From assembly GCA_028534125.1 (NCBI GenBank), contig CM052818.1, forward strand, positions 932,001-996,000: 64,000 bases of DNA, written 5' to 3'. Below, one piece after another: positions 1-10,965 of this stretch (its first letter is position 1; every line of letters begins with the position of its first letter). The DNA is from Lama glama. Its lineage: Eukaryota. Made by a program: the position numbers and the translations under genes. The notes below the pieces were generated by a model. It was not told where the DNA came from and made no database searches. It was given only the letters and a program-made list of their open reading frames with translations.

Positions 1-421
1 AGATATATTTGATTTAATGTCTTTGTCTTAGTGCTACTCGAACATACTTTGTTGCCTTGATGTGGGCTGTTTGAATGGTTCTTTTTCTAGCCTTATCCTT
101 ATTTTCTTGCTTCTCTTTCTCCGGCTTCTAGTTCTGCTATTTTTCCCTCACCTTTACATTTGGTACATCAAACTTTATTCTTTAGAAAACTATTTGCTTC
201 TGTATGTTGGCTTTTCAGTTTAAAAAAAATTAACCTCATAAAAATCGGCCCTTTTTTATTTTCTTGTATATTCCTTTAAAATGTTGCAGCTTGTTTTGAT
301 ATTTACAGACTTCATTCTTTCTTTTACATTTTAATTTTTGCTCAACTTCTTATTCTTAAGGTTTAAAAAGAAAAGCAGCCTTGCTATTATTAACTGTATC
401 AGTCATGTTTCAGAGCAGGAA

Positions 422-1338
422 TGTGGCAGATTGTGCTTCATAAAAATGGCCACACCCACAAATGGAAAAATATCCTTCTTTCTTATGGGTGAGCTGTAGC
501 CCATTACATATATGTGTTGCATGTTCTTTATCCATTCATCTATTGATGTGCACTTAGGATGCTTCCACATCTTGACATTTATAAAGAATGTTGCTGTTAA
601 TAGTGGGGCGTATGTATCTTCTTGAATTAATTCTTATTTTGCGGTTGGCTTTATTCCTTTGATAACTATGTAAGTTTAAGGCTCTAAATGTTCTTAGAAA
701 CAATGAACAGTTCATATATATAAATTTTAAAAATATGTGCAGTATATCGTGTATATGTATTTACATGCAAGACATTGTATATGTGCAGTCAAATTGTAAC
801 AATTCTACCTAATAAAACTGAAAACTGAAAAAAAAAAAAAAGGCCACACTATGTCCGTCCCACATGCTCCTGCAGAACTTTGTCGCTATTCCATCAGGAG
901 GTGGTGTCTAAGTCCCCTCTGCTTGACCCTGAGTAGTTGAACCTGAGTGGGACTTTGTGGCCGTCTCAGTTACCAGAGTATTGCAGAAGTGATGCTCTAG
1001 GGCTTCTGAAAGTAAGGAACAAAGATGATCACACACACAAACAAACTTGTCCTTGGAGCCCAGCCACCGAGCTGTGATGAGAGGCCCACGTGGACAGGAA
1101 GAAACAACTCAGCTGACAGCCAGCACCGATTTGCCCTCTATATGAATAAGCCCTCCTGAAAGTAGACAGTTCAGCCTTCAGTAGAGCCCCGCCAACTTAT
1201 ATGGTGTGGAACAAAGATGAGCTTTCCTTGCCATATCCTGCCCAAATCACAGATTTGTGAGCAAAATAAATGATTGGTGCTGTTTTAAACCACTAAGTTG
1301 TGGGTGATTTGTCATACAGCAATAATACAACTGAAACA
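422..1338 (+). mobile_element. MaLR (MLT1-like) solo LTR, interrupted by a later insertion at ~456-841
   Basis: TG...CA termini (tgtggcag at 422; ctgaaaca ending 1338). MLT1-like 3' end 'aataaatgattggtgctgttttaaaccactaagttgtgggtgatttgtcatacagcaata'. Near 5-bp TSD aggaa/gggaa. Subfamily not resolved. Confidence 0.65.
456..841. mobile_element. L1-mediated insertion with inverted L1 segment plus sense polyadenylated segment
   Basis: TSD ggccacac at 448-455 and 842-849. About 456-630 resembles the antisense L1 ORF2 3' end (compare 6330-6480). AATAAA at ~811 followed by an A-tail ending at 841. Confidence 0.65.
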
Positions 1339-1522
1339 GGGAAACAGAAACTGCTTTACATATTTCAAAGTGGAAGAGGTTTATCAGAGGATATCAGGTA
1401 CTTAAAAATCTTTGGAAGGACTGAAATGACTCTCAGAATGTAAAATTATTGAGTTCAAAAAACACATTACATTCTGTATACCAGAAATTGACACAACATT
1501 GTAAACTGATTATACCTCAATT

Positions 1523-1525
<3 letters not shown>

Positions 1526-1558
<33 letters not shown>
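1526..1558. repeat. (CA)n microsatellite at the tail of a short L1 3'-end fragment (~1470-1525)
   Basis: Direct reading: about 16 AC units, preceded by 'ccagaaattgacacaacattgtaaactgattatacctcaattaaaa'. Confidence 0.85.
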
Positions 1559-1560
<2 letters not shown>

Positions 1561-3035
1561 AGTAGATCAAATCCAGAGACTTGGAAGTCCTTACTGGTCA
1601 ACACAACCACCTTTCAACACCTAAGGAGCCAGGGAGTAGATGCTAGAGCCCTGCTGCTGGAAAACCTCAGGTCTCCTTGACATGACCTGGAGGCAAAAAA
1701 ACAATCCACAGATGCAGGAAGGTGACTTTTGTCCCACACCTGTCTTCCAGATCACACGCAACGCATCTACTTGTTATTACCTGCTTTGCATTCAGAATTC
1801 TAGCTGAAAAGGGGTCTGAGAACTGTGGTTTTCAGCTTCCCAGCCTCTGCAAAGGGAGGCCCTTAGAAGCAAGGTGCAGTAGAGATGTAGCAGATCAGCT
1901 GAAGGTATCCACATCTACCTTCTGCCCAATTGATTGCATCAATGTTTGTCTTTTCAAGCTGTTTTTATTTTCTTTTCTCCTTTTCTTCCCTTCTCCATCT
2001 TTACCTTGGTTTTTTTTTTGATACATTTTTATTCTGTCTATGGAATTAAGGGATGTAACAATGACTGACTGAGGAGACGGTACACTACAAGCAGGGGAGA
2101 TCAAAACCTGCACCCAGATGCATCTGGCCTCTCCTAATAGATACCCAGGCCTTACGGTTGGCTTCCCAACTGTGCCTGTCTTCTCCCTCCCCTCAGTCCC
2201 ACTCTCCAAAGGCTAGCGCTGTTAATAACCTAAAATGTATTCATCCAGTCATTTTTCTATATGTTAATGTTTTTACACTCATAAAAATGTGATGGACCCA
2301 TAATATATACTGTCCTGCAATTAGTTTTTTTAGTTGCAATGTATCAAAATACCTTTCTAACAGTATACATGGATCTATCTCATTTTCAACAGCTACCAGT
2401 TTTTCAATGGCATGAATTACTGTAATTATTTAACCAATCCTCTTTTGATGGATATGTGGTTTGTTTCCAGTGTTTCTCTATTACAGTCAATGCTATAAGA
2501 AATCTTCGTGCATGTCTACATTGTGGGAAGTTTTGTTTGGATTAGATTTCTAGAAGTGTAGCTGTTGAGTCAGAGGAAATTTGTACTGTTTTCCTTTCTT
2601 TTCAAAGGCATTTTTAATGTTTAAAAATTCAAACAAGGAGTTATATAAAGTGAAATGCAGAAATCCCTCCACAACACTTCCCCACTCTTAATGGTTTAAT
2701 GTGTGTCCTTCAAGGCCTTCTTCTACAAATATGCAAACACAGACACACAAGAAACACACACACATGAATATAAATTGTTTTTCAAAGATGGGATCATCTT
2801 ATGTGTATATTGTTCTGTGTTGCTTTTAAACTCAACAATATTTAAAAATTTAAATGTATGATAAGTGTTATCTTAAATAGCTCTTTGTTTAGACATACCT
2901 CATTCTTTTTTAATGCCAATGCTGAATATTATTACCCTTTTAAACTTTTGCTTGTCTGAATGGTAAAAATCTTCATCTCTTACATCTCATTGTTGTTTGA
3001 TTTGCATTTATCTCATCAGCAAAGAGGTTGAACAT

Positions 3036-3412
3036 TTTTTTTTAGGATTTACTTTTTTAATTTTTAATTTTTTCTGAAGAATAGTTGATTTATAGTGCTG
3101 TGTTAGTTTCAGGTGCATAGCAAAGTGATGTAGTTATATATGTACATCTATTCTTTTAGAGATTCTTTTCATTATAGGTTATTATAAGATATTGAATATA
3201 GTTTCCTGTGCTCTACAGTAAGTCCCTGTTGTCTATCTGTTTTATATGTAGTAGTGTGTATATGTTTATCTCAAACTCCTTATTTATCCCTCTCCTCCCC
3301 TTACGCCTTTGGTAACCATAAGTTCATTTTCTATGTCTGTGAGCCTATTTCTGTTTTGTAAATAAGTTCATTTGTATTATTTTTTTAGGTTCCACATACA
3401 AGCAATAAATGA
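3036..3412 (-). mobile_element. 5'-truncated L1 3' end
   Basis: T-rich tail then L1 3'UTR-like text ('ttggtaaccataagttcattttctatgtctgtgag...ttccacatacaag'). Flanking ttgaacat at 3028-3035 and 3413-3420 (TSD). Confidence 0.7.
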
Positions 3413-3734
3413 TTGAACATCTTCCTATCTCTTTATCATTTGTTTTGCTCCTTCTTTAACTTGCCTGTCATATCCTTTGGCTAAATGTCTATTGATTTGT
3501 TTGTCTCTTTAAGTTTATTTGTACGCATTAGGCCAAGTCTATTACATATAGAGTTTTTTTTCCTCTAAGACTGTTCTTTGTTTTAAGTTTTGTTTATGAA
3601 GGCTATTGTCAAGCAATATTTAAAATTTTCACATAGGCAAACCTGCCCATCTCTTTTAATATGGCTCCTGAGTTTTATTTCATGCATGCAAAGACCTTCC
3701 TCATGCCAAATTATAAAAATATTCTCCCATACAA

Positions 3735-4095
3735 TTTTTTTGCTATTTTACACTGGTAAGTAGGATTTATTGATGGGCATGAGTAGGGAGGGGACAGTGC
3801 CAGAGCTGTCATGGATATGGGTCCAGGGGGCCGTGTTTAAGGATGTATTTGACCCCACAGCTATCTCAGATGAGCTGCTTTTCTCACATCATGTTTTCAG
3901 ATTCATCCACATTAAACTTAGTGAATCCCCACTTCCTGGAGATGTGGATCTTCTAGCAGCTGGGGAACTTGAACTTGGCCCTGCGTAGGGTCTCAGTCTC
4001 ATGCAGCCTGGTATGAATAGACAGGATGACTTGGCCAATGTGGCCCCTGGCTACACTGGGGCTTTCCAAAGGCACTGTGCCTACCTTTCTGGAGC
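3735..4095 (-). pseudogene. RPL10: Processed pseudogene fragment of ribosomal protein L10 (uL16), last two exons plus 3'UTR
   Basis: Minus-strand translation gives RLQ...AFGKPQ / VARGHIGQVILSIHT...LRRAKFKFPSC*KIHISRKWGFTKFNVDE..EKQLI*DSCGVKYI, matching the RPL10 C-terminal half with frameshifts and stops. The exon junction AAG|ATC (3950/3949) is spliced. AATAAA on minus at 3766-3771; degenerate A-tail ~3735-3750. Confidence 0.93.
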
Positions 4096-4139
4096 CTTGG
4101 CTGGGGATAACATGCCAGACGTGACTGTCCACTGGAAAG

Positions 4140-4274
4140 AGCTGTCTCCAGGGTCCCCAAGAGCAACCCATGCAGGCAACAGGCTGCATACACAACCAAG
4201 GAGGCTGCTGTTTGCCGCCACTGCATCCTGGGTCCCCATAAGGAAAAGAACACATTTAGCTTAACTGGCTGCAG
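4140..4274 (-). ncRNA. SNORA70: SNORA70 (U70) H/ACA snoRNA retrocopy, 135 nt
   Basis: Minus strand reads CTGCAGCCAGTTAAGCTAAATGTGTTCTTTTCCTTATGGGGACCCAGG...AAACAGCAGCCTCCTTGGTTGTGTATGCAGCCTGTTG...GGGACCCTGGAGACAGCT, recognisable as SNORA70. H box ACAGCA at 4211-4206; ACA box at 4145-4143, 3 nt from the end. It sits next to RPL10 exons, and RPL10 is its known host gene. Confidence 0.9.
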
Positions 4275-5144
4275 ACGTCATATTTTTTAATACATCTGGA
4301 ATTTACTTGTGACTATATTATAAAACATGTATTCTACTTTTTCCACTACAGGTTTACCTGGTTCTCTCAATGCCATTTATTCAATAATCAAATTTTTGCC
4401 ATTACTGTGAAATTTGTCTTTTATCTTATTCTAAATTTCTTATATATGTGGGTTGGTTTCTTGACTATTCCACTGATTTATTTGGGTATCCTTTGCTCAA
4501 ACACTACATTATTTTAATAGGTTTTGATACTTAATAGAGCATTAGTCATAATTTTTAAAGTTCTCTTGATCATTCTTTCAGATTCTTCCAAACAGACTTC
4601 AGAATTAATTTGTTAAACTGCACCCCAATGTCTAAAAACATCCCACACCTTATTGGCATTTTTTTTATTCATGGATACATTCTAGACTTCCTATTCTTTT
4701 ACATTTTTCTACTCCTTACGATAATACCACACTACTTACTCTAGATTTATAATTTGTCCCGTATTAAGCAGCATGATCTACCCATCGTTATTCTTTCCAA
4801 AAAAAGCATCTTAACTGCTCTTGGTTCTTTGCATTGCCATAAATATCTCATAATCAACTTGACAAGAACCACCACAAAAATCTTAATATTTGGTTTGTCT
4901 ACACCATCAATGCATTTGGGGAAGTCTGTTATCTTAATATGTCTTCATTTTCAATACATGAAAATGATCGATTGCCCCACTTCATTAAAGCTTTGTATAA
5001 TATCTTTCAATAAAATGTTATCAATTTCTTTACATTTTACTTTTTTGTTCTATTTATACTTCAGTACTCCATATTTTTGTCTTTGGAAAGTGATAGAATT
5101 TTAAAAACTCAGTTTGGTTCTCTTTTCTTTTTATATCTCGTCTT

Positions 5145-5261
5145 TTTTTTAAAAAATTCTATTATTTATTACTATTATTTTTTGAATAGAGTTACTGGGG
5201 ATTGAACTCAGGACACTGGGCATGCTAAGCACACACTCTACCACTGAGCTATACCTTCCCC
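5145..5261 (-). mobile_element. tRNA-derived SINE (camelid Vic-1-like)
   Basis: Reverse strand GGGGAAGGTATAGCTCAGTGGTAGAGTGTGTGCTTAGCATGCCC...GAGTTCAATCCCCAG with Pol III A and B boxes and an A-rich tail. Degenerate TSD ttatatctcgtctt/ttacatttcatctt. Confidence 0.85.
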
Positions 5262-5926
5262 TTACATTTCATCTTCTAACTCACTGTTGCTGATATATAG
5301 AAAAAATAGATTTTATATGTTGACTTCATATCAAGAAACTTTTATAAAGTCTCATAATTCATCTGTTTGATCCCTTGGATTTTTCCTGAATATAATCATG
5401 TCATCGTTGCACTTTTATTGGAATTGCATTAATTTGGGGAGAACTAACTATGGCGGCTATGGAGGTACACTCCTCAAGTGTCTCTTCAAGAAAGAACTTG
5501 CCGTTCAATTCCAAGTACAGACAGACAGAGCTGGGCCTCGAGCTGTTAGCACCTTTAAGTTTCACTTCCGCTTTCAAGCCAAGGTCATGGTTTTTTCTAG
5601 GAAGGCCTCCACCAGTGACTGAGTACAGAGAGGGTACTAGGCAACTGGCCACTTCTTCTCAGCGCAAGATTTCTCTAATGGTCATTTTTTGGCTCTGGAA
5701 CTCATCACAGGGTTGACTGAAACCTCGCATTGCAGGCTGAGGCTCTCCTGCCCAGTCTTGCTTTTATCTCTCATATACGTTACTTCCAAATAAAACCCTT
5801 GTACTCCCAACTCCACCTCAATGTCTCCACTTCACAGAGAACCCACAGACACTGACACATTGACATATATATACCATCGAGTCTTTCCATCCAAGAAAAC
5901 ATATCTCCCCACTTATTCTATTTTTT

Positions 5927-6482
5927 GTTTGTTTGTTTGTTTGTTTTACATTTTTTTATTGAGTGATAGTCATTTTACAATGTTGTGTCAAATTCTAGTG
6001 TAGAGCACAATTTTTCAGTTATACATGAACATTTAGATATTCATTGTCACATTTTTTTTCGCTATGAGCTACCATAAGATCTTGCATATATTTCCCTGTG
6101 CTATACAGTATAATCTTGTTCATCTGTTGTGCATTTTAAAATCCCAGTCTATCTCTTCACATCCCCTGTCCCCTTGGCAACCACAAGTTTGTATTCTATG
6201 TCTATGAGTCTGTTTCTGTTTTGTATTTATTTATTTATTTTAGATTCCACATATGAGCGATCTCATATGGTATTTGTCTTTCTCTTTCTGGCTTACTTCA
6301 CTTAGAATGACATTCTCCAGGAACATCCATGTTGCTGCAAATGGCGTTATATTGTCTGTTTTTATGGCTGAGTAGTATTCCATTGTATAAATATACCACC
6401 TCTTCTTTATCCAGTCGTCTGTTGATGGACATTTAGGCTGTTTCCATGCCTTGGCTATTGTAAATAGTGCTGCTATGAACAT
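5927..6482 (-). mobile_element. Young 5'-truncated LINE-1 (ORF2 C-terminus plus 3'UTR)
   Basis: ORF 6240-6482 encodes MFIAALFTIAKAWKQPKCPSTDDWIKKRWYIYTMEYYSAIK..., the L1 ORF2p C-terminus. Perfect flanking direct repeat tccccacttattctatttttt at 5906-5926 and 6483-6503. Confidence 0.92.
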
Positions 6483-6789
6483 TCCCCACTTATTCTATTT
6501 TTTAATGTCCTTCAAGAAAATTGTATAGTTTTCTGCATATTCATCTTATACATTCTTGAGTTTATTACTAGATTTTTATAAAGTTTCTTTATTTTGCTGA
6601 CATAAATGAGATCTTTTACTCATAGCTTTTATTTATATATTTTAAAGCTATATAGTAGGGCTCAAGAGTTAATAACTGTTTTATTGTTTCATTGTCATTC
6701 ATTTCTAAATCATTTTCCTGTTGGATTCCTCAAAACAAACAAACATAAAAACAAACAACAGCAACAAAAACCCGAAAACCTACTTCCAT

Positions 6790-7165
6790 CAATAGAGACT
6801 GCATAAACAAGCTGTGATATGTTCAAACAATGGCATATCAGTCAATGATTTTTAAAAAAGAATAAATTACTGATACATGCAAAACATGGAGTGGACAACT
6901 CTTATAGACATTGTGTTGAGCAAAAGAAACCAGACACAAAATGTATGTACCGAATTGTTCCATGTATTTGAAGTTCAAGAGCAGGCAAAATTAATCTACA
7001 AGGGATAGAATTGAGAAAAGTGGCTACACTGACTTGAAAGCGGTACAAGGGAACTTTCCAGGGGATATAAATGTTCTGTATCTTGATTTGGGTGAAAAGT
7101 CATCAAACTGTACACTTAGGAGCTGCTCCTTTTACAGTATGTAAATTATAGCTCCATAAACAAAA
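6790..7165 (+). mobile_element. Old L1 (L1MC/L1ME-like) 3' fragment
   Basis: 'gaataaattactgatacatgcaaaacatgg...gagcaaaagaaaccagacacaaaatg...aagttcaagagcaggcaaaattaatcta...gtatcttgatttgggtg' resembles old mammalian L1 3' ends. Confidence 0.6.
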
Positions 7166-9801
7166 CAGGATATGTTTGGTTAGAGGACTCTGCTTTTCTT
7201 GCCGATTCTCCACCTAAATAAATGACTATCTCATTGTCAAACCCAGAACCAGAGAGTCAACTCCGATTCCTTCCTCTCCCTTCTGCCCCACGTGTCACTA
7301 ACCGCCCACATATGTCCATTATTGACTAGCTCCTGAATGGCGGCTGACTCTGAAAGCTTCTCCTTTTCTGTTGCTACCAGTGCTCAGGCCTCCCGAACCT
7401 CTCTCACCTGAATTGCTGCAGCAGCCTCCTTCCTAACTGATCTCCCCTCCAGGTCATCCTCCCCAATTTTTCAGGGAAGGCAGGAGGCAGACAAATTTTT
7501 CTGAAATAAAACCCGCATCTCCTGCACAGCTTAAACCTCTTCAAAGGCATGTTATGGCCCTAGGGATAGAGTCCAGATGCCCAAACATGCTTTAAAAGGT
7601 CTCCATGATCCTGAGCTTGCCTGTCTCTCCAGCCTGATCCCATTTCTTCACTTCTGAGCCTCTTTTACTCCTGATACCCCAGCCTTCATGGACTTCCTTC
7701 AGTTCCCTGAATCCTTCTTTCTCCTCCACCCCTCTTTCTCTCATCTTCTGGCCTTTGCACATACTGTCCTTTTGCCTAGAACATTGTCCCCACTCCACCT
7801 TTCCTTTTTTCTTGGCTAACATTTTACTCAATTTCTTGGTCTCAATTGTAATGTCAATTCCTTGAGGATGCCTCCCCCCAATTTTTTGGCTAGATGACTA
7901 TCTCCTGCCTCAATCTATGATCCCAAATCAACCTGCCCTTCCCCCAGCTTCACATGCATCACATATCACATGAGGCGTTGATATGTTAAGTCCTCAATAA
8001 ATATTTAGATGAATGAATAAATGAACGAAGGAGAGCAAGGACTGGAAGGGAAGAGCCAGTCATCAAATTCAGGTCATGATATCCAATCCCACCCTCATAT
8101 AAAGAGGTGCCCAGAGAACATAGGGAGCACATTTGGGGCCAGCAGGGTTATCCACTATTTCTTAACTGGATATATTGCTTCTCACATCACCTCTCATAGC
8201 TGTAGAAGGTGCCTGTGCTTCAACTGCCGAATTTGTTCATTCTAGCTCTTAGGCCTCAGGCCATAGGTAGATAACACCCCCATTTCACAGGTGAGGAAGC
8301 GCAAGCACAGAAAGGACTGGAAATTTGTTCAAGGTCACAGAACAAGCTAACAGGAGAGCTGGATTGGCATCAGTTCCCCTGACCCCCAGGCTTGAGGTCA
8401 CTACTCCATTATGGGATTCTCCATGACCCTCTAGGCCAGGTGTCCCTAGTTTGGCCTTTATGGGGACTGGTATTTAGAAGTCCTGTTGAAGTTCCTTGCA
8501 TCCCCTACCTCTCTGTGCCAGAAACCCGCTGTACATGATTGATAAAGCCGGTTCTTTTCTGGGCCCCTGCTTGCTGCTACCTGGACAGGGGACCCCCCAA
8601 GGCCTCAGCCCTCATGCTCTGACTGAGGAAAGGTCCCTGCAGGAGTCTTCACATGACACACTGCATGCATATGTAGGACCCGCTGGTTGCCAAGCCAAAT
8701 ATGGCTCCAGATTATTCTCGGAAACAAATACATTGTTTTGCTCTGGATTGCAGGAATTGCTAATTAGGGACTTTTATTTTGGGCAGTGTTCCTTGGAGCT
8801 GGCAGACAGATGGAGCAGGCGACTTGCTCCAGGGGCACTGCTACGCGGAGGGAACTATCCATTTCTGCCCCTGTTATGAGAGCCGGCCCAGTGCTCTCCA
8901 GCTCCTGCCCTTAGGGCCCGAGACAGAGGCCTCCTGGGAGGCCTCCTGGCTCCCACTGGTTTCCTCTTCCCTGGGAATGGCTCTCAAAACACAGATGAAA
9001 GCCCCTGGTGGTCTTGTCAGCTATATTAACCTGCCCCCTAGCCAGATAACTGTCCCAGGGAGGACAGCAGAGGTCTTTCTTGGGATTTCCTAACTGAAAC
9101 TGAGAACAAGAATCCATTCATCACAGCAGGTGGACATGGAGACACAGAATCTGCTAGTGGCCAGGTTTTGGGGCATCAGCAAGAAAAAAGAAGAAGAGCT
9201 GAGAGTATTTGAAAACCGCCTTGCCCCTGGTCCCACTAGCTCCTGACACCAGCTGCGTCCCTGCTCTCGCAGGTTGGTTGTTTGATGCTCCTTCGGATTC
9301 TGTGAGCTGATAAATTCCTTTTTTTCTTTCTTTCTTTTTTTGTTCTAAACTAATTCAGGTTGCATTTCTAACACTTGCACCCAGAAGCCTAGTGTAGTGG
9401 TGGACAGGGTTCAGGGTCACACAGAGGACTCAGGCTGCAGCTCAGTGGCCCATCGGTAGATAAACTGCTTGAGTATTTTGGAGTTATGTTGTCAGATCCC
9501 AGCACATGAACCAATCTACTTCAAAGCAGCTTAAGGAAAACTATTACAAGATGGAGGAGGAGAGAAGGTAAAAGACAGTGGGGTGAGCTCCGGCGAGAGG
9601 AAGCAGGAAGAGGCCAGGGAGTAGAGAAGCAAGCCAGGGAGGTCTAACAGGCTTCTTTCTGATTTAAGCCCTGTTCTAGACCTATATGCCTCTCGATCTA
9701 CCCTCAGCCTCTTTTTTGCCTTCTCAGCTCATGAACTGAAAACCAACGCTCTGAACACCTCTACCTGATTAAATAAAAACACACATCAAGATCCAAGTCC
9801 A

Positions 9802-9972
9802 GGAGGTAGGGTACAGCTCAGAGGTAGAGTGCATGCCTAGCATGCACGAGGTCTTAGGTTCGAGCCCCAGTACTGCCATTAAAACAAACAAGCAACAAAC
9901 AAACCCGATTACCTCCCCCTACTAAAAATAAATAAATAAACAAATTAAAAAAAAATTCTTCTTTAAAAAGAA
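9802..9972 (+). mobile_element. tRNA-derived SINE (Vic-1-like)
   Basis: GGTACAGCTCAGAGGTAGAGTGCATGCCTAGCATGCACGAGGTCTTAGGTTCGAGCCCCAG plus A-rich tail. 14-bp TSD aagatccaagtcca (9788-9801) / aagacccaagtcca (9973-9986). Confidence 0.9.
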
Positions 9973-10734
9973 AAGACCCAAGTCCATTACTGGCCGTGAA
10001 GGGAGACCCAGGCTTAGAGACAAAGGGTTGTGTGGGAGGCAGATTCCAAATTCAGGGCGAGTAGCAGCAGGCAGATATCCTTCTGTCCATCCCCCTGCCT
10101 CTGACCCTCCTAGAACCCATCTTAGTCACACCTCTTCTGTGATCAGCTCTGTCCAACGCTGATTTTGCCCAAGGAGGAATGTAGAATGGAAGATAAGAGA
10201 AAGAATAATCTCTCTCTCTCCTGTGGGAAAACTGCTTAGAAGCTGCCTTGGAAGAATCTAAGAAGCTCTTCTTGAATAATTTGCAGCCACCTTGTTCTCT
10301 TCTCCACTTCCTTCATGACCCAAACTAGAAAGAACAAAAATAAGGAGAGTGCTGAGGCCCTGGTATCCCATGCCCCAAGCCAGTCCATGCCATAACAGCC
10401 TCATCTCCAGTGCCCATTGCGGGGCTGAAGGAGCATGGGGAAGGCTCCCACTGACGTCTTTGGTGGAGGCGTTAGGCCCCCAGATCACAGAAAAAAGAAA
10501 TATGAAGGCCCTATGAAAAGTTTCTTGTCCTTACTGATAATTTTTACAATACAAGTTTAAATATCGCTGGGGTACCTCTCTCTGCTCACCAGTTGGCCCT
10601 CATATGCAGCTGCCTGATCCCCACATTGGAACAATCTTTTTAGAGGAGGATTTGACAACACATACTGCAATTTTAAATATTTGTACCTTTGACCTAGGAA
10701 TTCTAATTTTGGGAATCTATTCTATGGTTATGCT

Positions 10735-10965
10735 TAGGTTCAAATCCTGGCACCAACATTAAACGTAACCTTATAAACTTGGGCAAGTTTCTTAACCTCC
10801 TCACGCTTCAATTTCCCCATCTATGAAACATCTAAGAGATAGTAATAGTACTTAGCAAGCTGTTGTGAGGATTAAACGGTTAAGTGTATGTAAATCTCTC
10901 AGTACGTAGTAAACAGTGCCCATAGTAAGTGGTATACAAATTGTTAGCGAGCATATTGTATCATT
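10735..10965 (+). mobile_element. MIR SINE
   Basis: MIR core motifs 'ggttcaaatcctggc...ttgggcaagtttcttaacctc...tttccccatctatgaaa...gttgtgaggattaaa'. Confidence 0.75.

Noticed and set aside
3722..4290. Target-site duplication around the SNORA70/RPL10 retrocopy
   Set aside because: Only a weak resemblance (catacaattttt versus catatttttt); not confidently callable.
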